64,000 nt of DNA, taken from positions 1-64,000 of IMG/VR virus record IMGVR_UViG_3300042301_002363. One strand, written 5' to 3'. The notes beneath the pieces are model-generated. The model was not told the DNA's origin, ran no database searches, and saw nothing but the letters and a program-made list of their open reading frames with translations. Positions 52,132 through 62,179 of the stretch are shown piece by piece (within the stretch, counting starts at the first letter, position 1; each line of letters opens with the position of its first letter). Both the position numbers and the translations under genes were made by a program. Origin of the DNA: a virus.

Positions 52132-54477
52132 TTAAAAAAACTTACGCAATTTTCCTATATTTCCTCCATATTTAGCCATCTGTATATCAGATCCTGATAC
52201 ATCATTTTTACCTTCTCCAGAACTAGCAAGAAGGTTAAACAGATTTGCCAAAGATTTGTTATCCTTAGAAAGTCTATACAACCTGTAAATATCATCAATA
52301 TAGTTAGGATTATTTCTATCTGTATATCCTTTTTGTACAGCTTCTTCCATCATTTGTTTAACTCTTTCTTCTGTAATAACATCTGTTGGTTGAAGGTTAA
52401 ATAATTGTCTTGCTACATTTATGTTTGAATGAATATTATCTTCTTTTGGTGTAGTTGAATAATAATAGTCTTCCTCCATTTGTGCTATGGTTTCATCATC
52501 TTTTGGATTAATCTTTCCTTCTTTGATTCCTCTATCAATGATATCATCAAATGACATTAAGTTATCCTCAATAGTTCCTGAATAAAACTGTTGATACTTT
52601 TTGTTCTCAAAGAATGGTTCATTTAGATACGTAGTCCATTCATGATCTAATGTTGCAGCATAATCAAGAGGTTTACCTAACTCATCCTTTCTTACATAAA
52701 TCTGTGCTGGATTTCCATCAGCAGCTTTCACATATTGACCTACAGCACTAGGATCACCAAGCTCATCTTTATATACAATTGGTGGAAGTTCTGAACCTCC
52801 TTCATTTGGAACAAATTGATTTTGCATTTGTGGAATCACAGTATTCATAAGATCAACATGTTTCTGTACTTCATTTGGATATTTTGGATCAGTAATCGCT
52901 TTAAGGTATTCAGGATCAGTAAGAATTTCTGGACGTTTTTGATACCAGTTTTTCATATATGTTTCTGTATCCATTGGATTAGGAAGTTCAACTCCCATTG
53001 GTACGCATGTTTGATGCACATCACTCCATTCATGATTTTCTGGACAATCACCTGGACCCATCATTCCACCCATTGCTTTTCTACGCAACTTACGTTCTTG
53101 CTCTATCATCTCGCGCGTAGGCTTTCTACCAGAACCTTTGTTAGCTCTTATGTTATCCCAAAGACCTCTTTGTGAATATGACCCATCAGCACGTTTAATC
53201 ATCTCACCACCTTTTCTGTAATTGCCATTCATAAATGCAGGAGACACTTCTTTGTAGTGTTCTGCAAAGTATCTAGCATCTGCTGGATTATCAAACTGCA
53301 TTGCTTCATTTGAAGACGCATCGTAATCACCTAGCATCAACTGACCATTTTGGTTTTGTATTTGTGGTACAGCGTAATTGTCCATACTTGCCATATAATG
53401 TGTACCAACTTGACCATTATCAAACATATATGGATTATCAACAGGTGCTACCATTCTTTGAGCTGCTGGATTACCAAATTCATTTGCATAAGCTAATCTT
53501 GATTTCATCATTGCATTGGTAGAGTCTTGCAAGTGTTGTGGTAATGGCACATCATATTGGCCTTCATATTCTTTATAGTCTTTTACAACTTGTCCTTGTG
53601 GTGTATTTTCTCTCCAATTTCTGTACTCATTCAAAGTATCCTGCATTAATTGGTAATCAGTTAATGTCCAACTTGCTGGATTTCCTATTTCTGCTTCAAC
53701 ACTTTTTATATATTGTTTCCATTCTTCAGGAGAATTTGGCACACCCATTCCTAGTTCACCACCTGTTTCCCAGGTAGCTTTTGCGTATGCTCTAAAGTAT
53801 GGGTTCTTTTTAAGATTGCCTGCATGTCTTGCGTAAAAAGCATCTTTACCATTCTTTGATTTGCTACGTTCACCCATATTTGGATCGCCAAAATATTTTT
53901 TAGTACCATCAGGTCCAGTTACAACATGCGTTTTTCCTTTACGATCATTAGATTTTCTTACAGTGTATCCACCTTTACCATATTGTGGCATATCAAAATC
54001 ACCACCATACTGCATGTTGTTAAGAATTTTATTCTGAACATATTCTGGTAAAGCATTAAAACCTGGATTGTTGATTGTACCTCCTTCTTCTTTAGCAAAG
54101 TTTCTGGCAAAGTTTGCTTTCTTTATCATTGCTGACGAATAGTTATCTTTATTTGCCAATATATGTGCAGCTGCTTCTTGTATGCCCATACCCATGCGCG
54201 TAGCTTGAGCTTTGAATGTTCCTTTTTTAGCAGGATCTAGATGTATACCACCACGCTTTGCTTGTTGATATGCTTGCTCCATGCTCATCTCTTCTTGAGG
54301 AGGCATTTGTTGTTGCATACCTGGTACAAATTGACCAAGTTCTTGAGCTTGATTCTGCATCAATGCTTGTTTCAGTTGATCTTTTAGAGACTTTTCTTGT
54401 TGCACTTGAGCTTGTCTTTTACCAAAGTTGGCTAACACATCAGCTATTGTGAACTTGTTAGGGTTACTTGAATTCAT
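52132..54477 (-). CDS. Modular virion protein made of short basic modules separated by GG motifs, 781 aa
   Basis: AKRGG, KEEGG, MQYGG, YGKGG, WETGG, YRKGG, KAMGG and AKYGG separate compositionally distinct segments. Confidence 0.65.
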   Translation of the reverse strand: MNSSNPNKFTIADVLANFGKRQAQVQQEKSLKDQLKQALMQNQAQELGQFVPGMQQQMPPQEEMSMEQAYQQAKRGGIHLDPAKKGTFKAQATRMGMGIQEAAAHILANKDNYSSAMIKKANFARNFAKEEGGTINNPGFNALPEYVQNKILNNMQYGGDFDMPQYGKGGYTVRKSNDRKGKTHVVTGPDGTKKYFGDPNMGERSKSKNGKDAFYARHAGNLKKNPYFRAYAKATWETGGELGMGVPNSPEEWKQYIKSVEAEIGNPASWTLTDYQLMQDTLNEYRNWRENTPQGQVVKDYKEYEGQYDVPLPQHLQDSTNAMMKSRLAYANEFGNPAAQRMVAPVDNPYMFDNGQVGTHYMASMDNYAVPQIQNQNGQLMLGDYDASSNEAMQFDNPADARYFAEHYKEVSPAFMNGNYRKGGEMIKRADGSYSQRGLWDNIRANKGSGRKPTREMIEQERKLRRKAMGGMMGPGDCPENHEWSDVHQTCVPMGVELPNPMDTETYMKNWYQKRPEILTDPEYLKAITDPKYPNEVQKHVDLMNTVIPQMQNQFVPNEGGSELPPIVYKDELGDPSAVGQYVKAADGNPAQIYVRKDELGKPLDYAATLDHEWTTYLNEPFFENKKYQQFYSGTIEDNLMSFDDIIDRGIKEGKINPKDDETIAQMEEDYYYSTTPKEDNIHSNINVARQLFNLQPTDVITEERVKQMMEEAVQKGYTDRNNPNYIDDIYRLYRLSKDNKSLANLFNLLASSGEGKNDVSGSDIQMAKYGGNIGKLRKFF

Positions 54478-57400
54478 TATCTTGGACTATTTAAATTTTT
54501 AACGTTTGTAAGTTTAAGGATCATTTTGTTATCACCACTTATGTTCCTTCTTAAAATTACTCTATTACCATAATGTCTGAACTTTTTATGTTCAAGTGGT
54601 GATTTGTTGTAATCCACATAATCAGGATTGATATACTTTTTACAACCTGCACATTCAGTAATCCACATTGGAAGTTTTGTGCCAGAAAACTCTCCTCTGT
54701 CATTAGTAATATCCCAGAATGTATTGAATCTATACTTGTTCTCTTCTTTAGAGAAAAGTATTTCAATATAATCAGCACCTATTACAGGATTTGCTAATAT
54801 GTCAAGAGGATTGCTTTTTTGCTTAATCCTCATTCTGAGAACACCTGATATCTGTTCTGAATTATAAATGATAGCTCTATCAAAGTTTTCATCTAAAACA
54901 TGGAAGTAATCCTTACCATCATTGTAAAACTTATACACATCAAGATAGTATTCAAAACTTCTGAGAGTTGTAATCTGATTTGGTGTTACAATTGGGTATT
55001 CAATTTCCCAAGGGTAATTTGTACCATAGTAATTACAAAAACTATCCCATCTATTGTTATGCTTCCATATCTGATTGTTGTTGATTGTATAAAAGTTTTG
55101 ATATGATGGCATCATTAGTGATGGCAACCAGTCATGGAAGCTAATCCACATTTTTGATTTTGGATCATAACTTACTGTCCAATTACAAGGTTCAAAACAT
55201 AATGGATCATCAAATGCACATGGACATCTTTGAACAATTGCGTTTAATGTTATATGTATTTCGCATAACTTTTGATCTCCGCTTGCATTTTCCACAAGTA
55301 TATTGTAGGTTGTATTACCTGCTGGTGTTACTGTAAGGCTGCCATTTAATGGTATTGGTCCAATGCCATTATTCATTACAACTGAAACAGCATTTATAGT
55401 AGACCATGTCAATGTAACTGATTGGCCATAATCTACATTTATTGCTGATGCTCCAAGTTGACAATCAGGACAAGGATTGCCTGGTAATACTTCTGTTATT
55501 TGACAAAGTGGTATTTCACAAGATCCTTCAATCTGAGTACTTCCATCAGGACATGTATATTGACCAGACGAATTTGGTACTGGAATTTCTTGACCAATAA
55601 AATCTCTTGTTGAAAATATGATAAATGGTTCTAAGTCTGCTGGAGTTGGTCCACAATTGGTAGGAGCTGTTGTAAATGGAGTCAGCAATGTGCTTGCTTG
55701 CAACTGTGCTAAAGTCATATCATATACTTCTCCTGCAAATGCAGCATCAAGGTCATGATTTCTTCCACACAATCTTATTGTTCTTGTACCTGCAGGAAGA
55801 GTTACAGGAAATACATGCCAGTGATTAAAAGGTCTCATTACGCCACTATCCTCACCACCAGCTGAATCACGTGCAGATAAGTATACCCATAAGTTACCAT
55901 CAACATATATCTTTACTTCATTGTCACCTGCAATCCCAACTAAATATTGTTTTGTTTGAGGAACATCAAAACAAAAAGAATAACACACGTCAACATCTTC
56001 AGGAAGTGTACCACCAGCTGGCCATACACCTGCAATATTCAATCTTCCTCTTGTTGCTCCTCCACATGCACCACCATCTGAGTTCCATAAACCATTTTGA
56101 ACATTTACCAAAGGAGTAACAGGAGCACCAATACCATTCATTCCTCTTACTTGGTATGTACTTTGACTTCCAACTCCTTTTAATGGTTTTATTTCAGTTG
56201 TAATATCTGGATATAATCTAATACCAAATTTATTGTAAGCTGCTACGTTTTGAGCTGCCTCAACTGTAAATGTTGGTCCTGTATATTCAGCAGGAGCTGT
56301 AGATGTTATTACACATTCACCATTAATAATTTCTGCTTCAGGAGGACATCCTTTACATTCTGGAATTACTGGTGGATCATAAGGAATATCTGATGGTATT
56401 ATCTCACCACATATATAATATGGTACACCATTTGGATCATCAAATAATAAATCATCTCTCAATGGTCTATAATCCTTTTTTGAGAAATAGAGTAACTCAT
56501 ATGTTGAGTCATAAATAGCTTGTACTCCAATTCCTGCTACAGGATTATCATATAATGGATAGTTTGGATATACATCAAGCATCTTTGATGGCAAGTTATC
56601 AGCAAACCAAAACTTTAATCCAGTTCTTGATATTTCCTCTAAACCAGAACCATTAGACACAAAGATTTTACCAATGTCTTGAGATACAAAGAATAAACCA
56701 TAAGGTGTGTTTATTGCAGCTCTTGATGAGATTGAAGCCCCATAAGAAAGCGCATCATCTGCGTTAACAAGACTCTGAAAGTTTTGTTGAAATAAACCAC
56801 TATCACCAATTGATACTTTTGTTCCAGCTGTAGTTTGTAATTGATCCTGACCTACAAACGTTGTTGGTTCAGCATCCTCAAACAAAATAATACAACCTGT
56901 TGCATTCAATGGTTTTATGATGTTTATTTTACCATAGAAATCTTTGTAGTTAAGTGGTAGATAATTTCTCCAGTTGTCTCTTCTAAGTCCTGACCTTTGT
57001 TGTAATGAGTACACACTTCTTCGTGGGTAGTATTCAAAACATGATGAATACAGTTGTGGGTCATAGTCACGTGGTAAGATTTGTCCCCAGTTTGCGAGGT
57101 TGTTAAATAACTTGGAACTACTAAGTGATAAGTCATATTTGTAATATGTTGGTTTAGTAATAATATCAGATCTAAACATTGTACTAATGTCATTGAAAGA
57201 AAAGCCATATACATCATAAAACTTTTGGAAATCCTCAAGTCCATAGTCTCTATATGCCATGTTTAATTCTGACTCTGTAAAGTAATCGCGTACACCATTG
57301 TAAAATAAATAAAACCAGTTGTTTCTTCTTACCAATCTTAGAGTAGAACCATCACCTGGTGCATCTAATCTATAATTATCTGAAGGTGTGGTTGCATCCC

Positions 57401-60320
57401 ATTGTGGTAAAATTTCACTAGGAAAGTTCCAAGAAAATGTCAAATCAAAATCTGATGAATCAAAGTTTGCATAGTTTGCCCAGTACCTTGGCGCAGGTCC
57501 ATTTACATAATTTCTGTAATCCCATTCAGTACCATCTAATTCACCTAGCATCCATGTGTTAAAAAAGTAGTATGGATTCTTTTCTGTATATCTGTTGATA
57601 TATACATCCCCACCAAAAATGGCAGAGGTAGAATATGTTAATCCTACTGCTGGTGTTGTTTCGTATACACAAGAATCTGTTGGTATTTGCACAATCCCAT
57701 ATAATTGACCATACTGATTTTGATAGTCAACTTTAATTGCGCCATAGTACTGACAAATATTAGATATAAATTCACCATATGGATCCTTATATGTAATTCC
57801 ATTTACAACACCATCTAAGTCTCTAACTCTTTTTTTAGAGTTATCTGATGATGATGGATTTGGTAAATCTTTTGTCAACTTTAAACATAAAAATTTAGTT
57901 CTGTTTAGGTTGTTGATTCTATAAGTATTATCAAAATCCTGTACATGCATTCCAATGTACTTGATCATATTATTCTGTATCTTTCTTCTATAGCATTTTG
58001 GATATGCAGCAGGAACACTTGAATTGTTTACGTTTGTATAATTTGAATAGAAACCATGACTATTGTACTGAAGAGCATAATCTCTATAGTTAGCCATATT
58101 ACGTATCAAATCTAATACAACGCTCATTCCTTTTGGAACCCAGAAACTTAATTGTAGAATTAACTGTACAATACCTGCAATAGTACCAAGCAAGTTACCT
58201 TGACCACCTGCAGAAATTGCTGACAAAATACCACCACTAATTAAATCTGCAATTGTTGTCGCTGGAGCTGATTCACGTGTTGCGTCTGCGTATATACCAC
58301 CACTACCCACAGCTAATGGAAAGTTACCACCCTTAATTGTGGATTTTCCTACAGCTTCAATAAGTGCAATACCTACTCCAACACCTAACGCTAATGTAAA
58401 TGCGTTATCAGTAAGCAGCTTGAATCTTGGATGTTTATATGGTAATTGATAGTTACCTGTTGAAATTCCTTTTTCCTCAGTGTAGATCTTTATGTAATTT
58501 GTTCCAAATGCTGGTCTTTCAAAATGAATCTCAGGAGAATGGAATGCAAGATAATTCTTTTTGTACTTGTTAAGTTTTGAAGCATCTTCCCAATTTTCCT
58601 CATTTTCATTGTTATCTAAGATTGTGTAATCATCAGATAAGAATGGATCAGGTCTTAAGTCATTATAAGGATAGTTTTCAAATAAACCTTTTCTATTACC
58701 AATAGAACCATTTACATTGAACTCAACCATATTAGAGAACAATCCTTTTGTAATAATAGACTTGTTGTTCTCTCTTGAACCTCTTAGTATTTCATATCCA
58801 ACAATATCAGGAATTGGATTGCCATTTGCATCAACAGGTGGTTCTATATTAGAGAATTCAACACCAAGTACTATAATTCTACTACCACCTTGATTATGAA
58901 TATGCGTGGTCTCATTAGATGGCATTTTGTGATGACGTATAGGTTCATAACACAGATCACCCCATACTTCAGGATTAGTTGGATATCTTTCTGTTGATTC
59001 CCAATATGCCATATTTCCTCTTGCTACTACAATACCTCCATCCTTTTCTGTTCCAGATGAAGGAGCATACGTAGATGTATCATAAACTTGCCATGCTTCT
59101 ATTTCAGTTGGATCCACCACATCGTTGGTTGTAATATTTACCAAATCAGATGGTATTGCAGCTCTTCCTGGTATATGATATGATGCTGTTCTATTACCTG
59201 TATTGTATATCCATCTGATAAAGAATGAATATACTTCATCACGCATGTAACCAACAATATTACCACCATTCCAATAATAATTAACATCATACTCAACAGC
59301 TACCCAGTTGGTAAGTATTTTATTTGCTTGAAGTTGGTAGTTAATATATGGTTGTGTGCTAACGCCACTTCTGATAAGATATCCATTTACTGCAGCCATT
59401 TTTTCACTGCGTTCATATACAACATTTCTAAGTGGTATATAAGAAAGTGGAACAGTTTCTAAACTACCTTGTATAATATCAAGTACTACTGTCTTTTGAT
59501 TAATATTGTAGTATCCTATCTTTTTTGCAATTGCTTGTTGTGTGACAACAGAGATAATAACAAGTTCATACTCATTATATTCCTCATCAAGATCAGTAAG
59601 ATCTATTTGGATACTTCCACCTTGCCCACTATCTTGCCATAATCCTTGTGGCACACTTGGCATTGAATATTCAGTAAGGCGTATGCCATCTTCTGAATAT
59701 GCAATTACTGCCATATAACTTCCATTATTTAACTGTCCAGCACCTAGCGCTTTTCTAATAGATACACATGGTTGTTGGATTAAAGGATGCAAACGAATTT
59801 TGTCACAATCAAGTCTATCTGTGCATATCTCACCATCACATGGATTTTCACTTACTGGCTCACATATGTAAGGAACATTGTTAATGTTCATTGTTCTATC
59901 AGGATTTAGATTATCCTGCCAGTATCCTGAAAAAGTACAGTCATAGTTTTCTTTAACAAATGCTGTTATAAGATGAGTAGTCTTAAAGTTTAAGCAGTCA
60001 TCATTTATGACTGTTGTATAACTACACTTAGACTCATCAAATATTCCAATTTCTGAACCAATATTATTTGTTGAAAATATCAACCATTCAGTCTCTCTAA
60101 TAAAAGCATATCCAATAATTGTATAAGGTGCTTCAGTGCAATATCTATTTGATGGCTCATTGCCTATAGAACCAGATTCTCCATAGTGAGAATTATTTAT
60201 TGCATTAATAGCATTGTACCAAAGACCATCTGACATATAAATGTCAGTATTGTCTTTATTCATTCCTTTATTAAAGGACTGAGTCTTTGCGCCAGATGTA
60301 TTTTGGATTCCTTCAGCCAT
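54477..60320 (-). CDS. Tail stabilisation/muzzle protein (crAss-like) with a Cys-rich insertion
   Basis: SFNKGMNKD..., IGNEPSN, GYMRDEVYSFFI, FGGDVYINR and WTVSYDP....WISFHDW match the crAss-like muzzle family as I recall it. Adjacent to ring-protein genes. Confidence 0.75.
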   Translation of the reverse strand: MAEGIQNTSGAKTQSFNKGMNKDNTDIYMSDGLWYNAINAINNSHYGESGSIGNEPSNRYCTEAPYTIIGYAFIRETEWLIFSTNNIGSEIGIFDESKCSYTTVINDDCLNFKTTHLITAFVKENYDCTFSGYWQDNLNPDRTMNINNVPYICEPVSENPCDGEICTDRLDCDKIRLHPLIQQPCVSIRKALGAGQLNNGSYMAVIAYSEDGIRLTEYSMPSVPQGLWQDSGQGGSIQIDLTDLDEEYNEYELVIISVVTQQAIAKKIGYYNINQKTVVLDIIQGSLETVPLSYIPLRNVVYERSEKMAAVNGYLIRSGVSTQPYINYQLQANKILTNWVAVEYDVNYYWNGGNIVGYMRDEVYSFFIRWIYNTGNRTASYHIPGRAAIPSDLVNITTNDVVDPTEIEAWQVYDTSTYAPSSGTEKDGGIVVARGNMAYWESTERYPTNPEVWGDLCYEPIRHHKMPSNETTHIHNQGGSRIIVLGVEFSNIEPPVDANGNPIPDIVGYEILRGSRENNKSIITKGLFSNMVEFNVNGSIGNRKGLFENYPYNDLRPDPFLSDDYTILDNNENEENWEDASKLNKYKKNYLAFHSPEIHFERPAFGTNYIKIYTEEKGISTGNYQLPYKHPRFKLLTDNAFTLALGVGVGIALIEAVGKSTIKGGNFPLAVGSGGIYADATRESAPATTIADLISGGILSAISAGGQGNLLGTIAGIVQLILQLSFWVPKGMSVVLDLIRNMANYRDYALQYNSHGFYSNYTNVNNSSVPAAYPKCYRRKIQNNMIKYIGMHVQDFDNTYRINNLNRTKFLCLKLTKDLPNPSSSDNSKKRVRDLDGVVNGITYKDPYGEFISNICQYYGAIKVDYQNQYGQLYGIVQIPTDSCVYETTPAVGLTYSTSAIFGGDVYINRYTEKNPYYFFNTWMLGELDGTEWDYRNYVNGPAPRYWANYANFDSSDFDLTFSWNFPSEILPQWDATTPSDNYRLDAPGDGSTLRLVRRNNWFYLFYNGVRDYFTESELNMAYRDYGLEDFQKFYDVYGFSFNDISTMFRSDIITKPTYYKYDLSLSSSKLFNNLANWGQILPRDYDPQLYSSCFEYYPRRSVYSLQQRSGLRRDNWRNYLPLNYKDFYGKINIIKPLNATGCIILFEDAEPTTFVGQDQLQTTAGTKVSIGDSGLFQQNFQSLVNADDALSYGASISSRAAINTPYGLFFVSQDIGKIFVSNGSGLEEISRTGLKFWFADNLPSKMLDVYPNYPLYDNPVAGIGVQAIYDSTYELLYFSKKDYRPLRDDLLFDDPNGVPYYICGEIIPSDIPYDPPVIPECKGCPPEAEIINGECVITSTAPAEYTGPTFTVEAAQNVAAYNKFGIRLYPDITTEIKPLKGVGSQSTYQVRGMNGIGAPVTPLVNVQNGLWNSDGGACGGATRGRLNIAGVWPAGGTLPEDVDVCYSFCFDVPQTKQYLVGIAGDNEVKIYVDGNLWVYLSARDSAGGEDSGVMRPFNHWHVFPVTLPAGTRTIRLCGRNHDLDAAFAGEVYDMTLAQLQASTLLTPFTTAPTNCGPTPADLEPFIIFSTRDFIGQEIPVPNSSGQYTCPDGSTQIEGSCEIPLCQITEVLPGNPCPDCQLGASAINVDYGQSVTLTWSTINAVSVVMNNGIGPIPLNGSLTVTPAGNTTYNILVENASGDQKLCEIHITLNAIVQRCPCAFDDPLCFEPCNWTVSYDPKSKMWISFHDWLPSLMMPSYQNFYTINNNQIWKHNNRWDSFCNYYGTNYPWEIEYPIVTPNQITTLRSFEYYLDVYKFYNDGKDYFHVLDENFDRAIIYNSEQISGVLRMRIKQKSNPLDILANPVIGADYIEILFSKEENKYRFNTFWDITNDRGEFSGTKLPMWITECAGCKKYINPDYVDYNKSPLEHKKFRHYGNRVILRRNISGDNKMILKLTNVKNLNSPR

Positions 60321-60325
60321 TGCTT

Positions 60326-61495
60326 TTAAGTATAATATGGATGATAAGGCATGTGATTCTTGAACATGTCATAGTACTTGTGATACTGTGCTCTTTTATT
60401 TGTCTCCCAAACTTGTTTCATCTCACCAAAGTCAGGAGTATTAATAAATCCTAATGCTTTGTTTCGTGCTTCACGCAATTTGCCAGACATAAGTTGCATC
60501 AACTGCACTGTGTTCTCACCTGCCTGAGCAAGATTTTCATAGATTCTTTCTTTCAATGCGTACTCATAATACTCATCTGCATATGGATGACTTAGTACCA
60601 TAAGTTCTCCTTTGTCAGTTTCCATTACACTTTCATACATGACAAGGACTTCACCTTCTTTAAAGTTTGTTTCTAAGAATCCATTCTTTAAGAATACATT
60701 GTAATAGTTGCGAGAATTTACATCAACACAATCTGCAGAAACTGAATTGTTTTTTACAATGCCAAGTCTAAATAAATTTTTAAACTTTCTAGTTCTACCA
60801 TTACATCTATCTACAACAATAGGACAACCTCCTTCTGATGTAAGAGATGTTTCATGACATGGATTAGGGTCAACTATACAAGGGTTAGGTGGAATAGGAC
60901 ATGGGTCTGGAGGACATGTTGCATCACATGACGATTTAGAACCCATTATTGTAACTACAACTCCACTGTAAGTCGTGGTATAATTGGAAACCAACTGTAT
61001 TGTATCTTGATCAATAACAATAATCTCCAAGTTTAATAAAGTATGATTTGCAGCAAGTGCTTGTACAATCACATAATTAGTTCCTAAGTTATGTGTAACT
61101 GTATTTATGCCTGGTGCAATTGTCAATACTTGAGTACATTGCTCTACCATATTTCTATAGATTTCAAATTCTGCTTGATATATACCATCTGCTACACCTT
61201 GTTGATATGTTTTATAAGACCAAAGTGGTGGAGTTTCTGTTTCAATGGAACCTGTGCATAATAACGCATGATTCAATACAGCAAAGTCAGATGGTAATTT
61301 TGCACGATAGTTTGATACTTCTAACATTTTTGTGCGATTTGGATTTATCTTTAATCCTAAATCATAATTTACACGCTGAACAACTTTGATAAGTGTTTGA
61401 TCATCTATCATTCCTTCAAGATCATACGTTCTTATATCAATCTTGACACTGTCAAGAAGCTCATCAAATGTTCTATATTTAAGTTCTGCTTTCAT
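60326..61495 (-). CDS. Tail tubular/ring protein with internal insertion
   Basis: LEV.NY.A.LPSDF...C and G...TNFKEG.V...Y.....D.G patterns resemble crAss-like ring proteins. Directly upstream of the muzzle gene. Confidence 0.6.
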   Translation of the reverse strand: MKAELKYRTFDELLDSVKIDIRTYDLEGMIDDQTLIKVVQRVNYDLGLKINPNRTKMLEVSNYRAKLPSDFAVLNHALLCTGSIETETPPLWSYKTYQQGVADGIYQAEFEIYRNMVEQCTQVLTIAPGINTVTHNLGTNYVIVQALAANHTLLNLEIIVIDQDTIQLVSNYTTTYSGVVVTIMGSKSSCDATCPPDPCPIPPNPCIVDPNPCHETSLTSEGGCPIVVDRCNGRTRKFKNLFRLGIVKNNSVSADCVDVNSRNYYNVFLKNGFLETNFKEGEVLVMYESVMETDKGELMVLSHPYADEYYEYALKERIYENLAQAGENTVQLMQLMSGKLREARNKALGFINTPDFGEMKQVWETNKRAQYHKYYDMFKNHMPYHPYYT

Positions 61496-61498
61496 TTA

Positions 61499-62179
61499 TT
61501 AAGATGTTGCACTTGTTGCTGATTGACCTGGATCTGATGGGATTTGAATCATCACACCTAAATCACGCATAACTAGTTGTTCAATTTCTGAGAATAAAAA
61601 CTCTGGCACATTTATCTTTTGATTTACAATTGCCAAACAATCATCCTGTGTGTCACAAGTTAACTTTGATATGTCAGCTTCAAACACACCTTCAATTCTT
61701 ATTGCATCCCAATCTAAATTAGGAAAGTATAAGTAACCATTTAAATACCAGTAGTATTTTTTAGTGTTGTATTTGAATGTGCTTTGTTTTGATATTTGTT
61801 GAAACGTAGATGGAAAAGTTGCTAATAATTGATGTGATAAATCTAAAGATGTTACTGCTCTTAATAAAGGACCATAATATCCTTCAATCATTCGTGGTAG
61901 TTTGTCTTTAGTTCTTTTAAAATAACAACCTGTATCTACGCCATAACATTGTGCTTCTGCTTTATCTACAGTAATTAATTCAATAAAGTTTAGTGTTTGA
62001 AATACACTGTTAAACTTCATTATGCGATTTAGATTATCCTGACGATGCATGAAAAAACGTGCATGTTTCATGATCATAGAATACAAATATCTATTTGTGA
62101 TATTTGCATCTTGCTTTACAGATTTAATCTGGTTACGCACTCTTGATATAGCTTCTCCAATTGTCATTTTAAAATTCAA
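61499..62179 (-). CDS. Putative tail ring/structural protein
   Basis: RTKDKLP, YYWYLNGYLYF, IRIEGVFE and position between the IHF-like and ring genes. Confidence 0.55.
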   Translation of the reverse strand: MNFKMTIGEAISRVRNQIKSVKQDANITNRYLYSMIMKHARFFMHRQDNLNRIMKFNSVFQTLNFIELITVDKAEAQCYGVDTGCYFKRTKDKLPRMIEGYYGPLLRAVTSLDLSHQLLATFPSTFQQISKQSTFKYNTKKYYWYLNGYLYFPNLDWDAIRIEGVFEADISKLTCDTQDDCLAIVNQKINVPEFLFSEIEQLVMRDLGVMIQIPSDPGQSATSATS

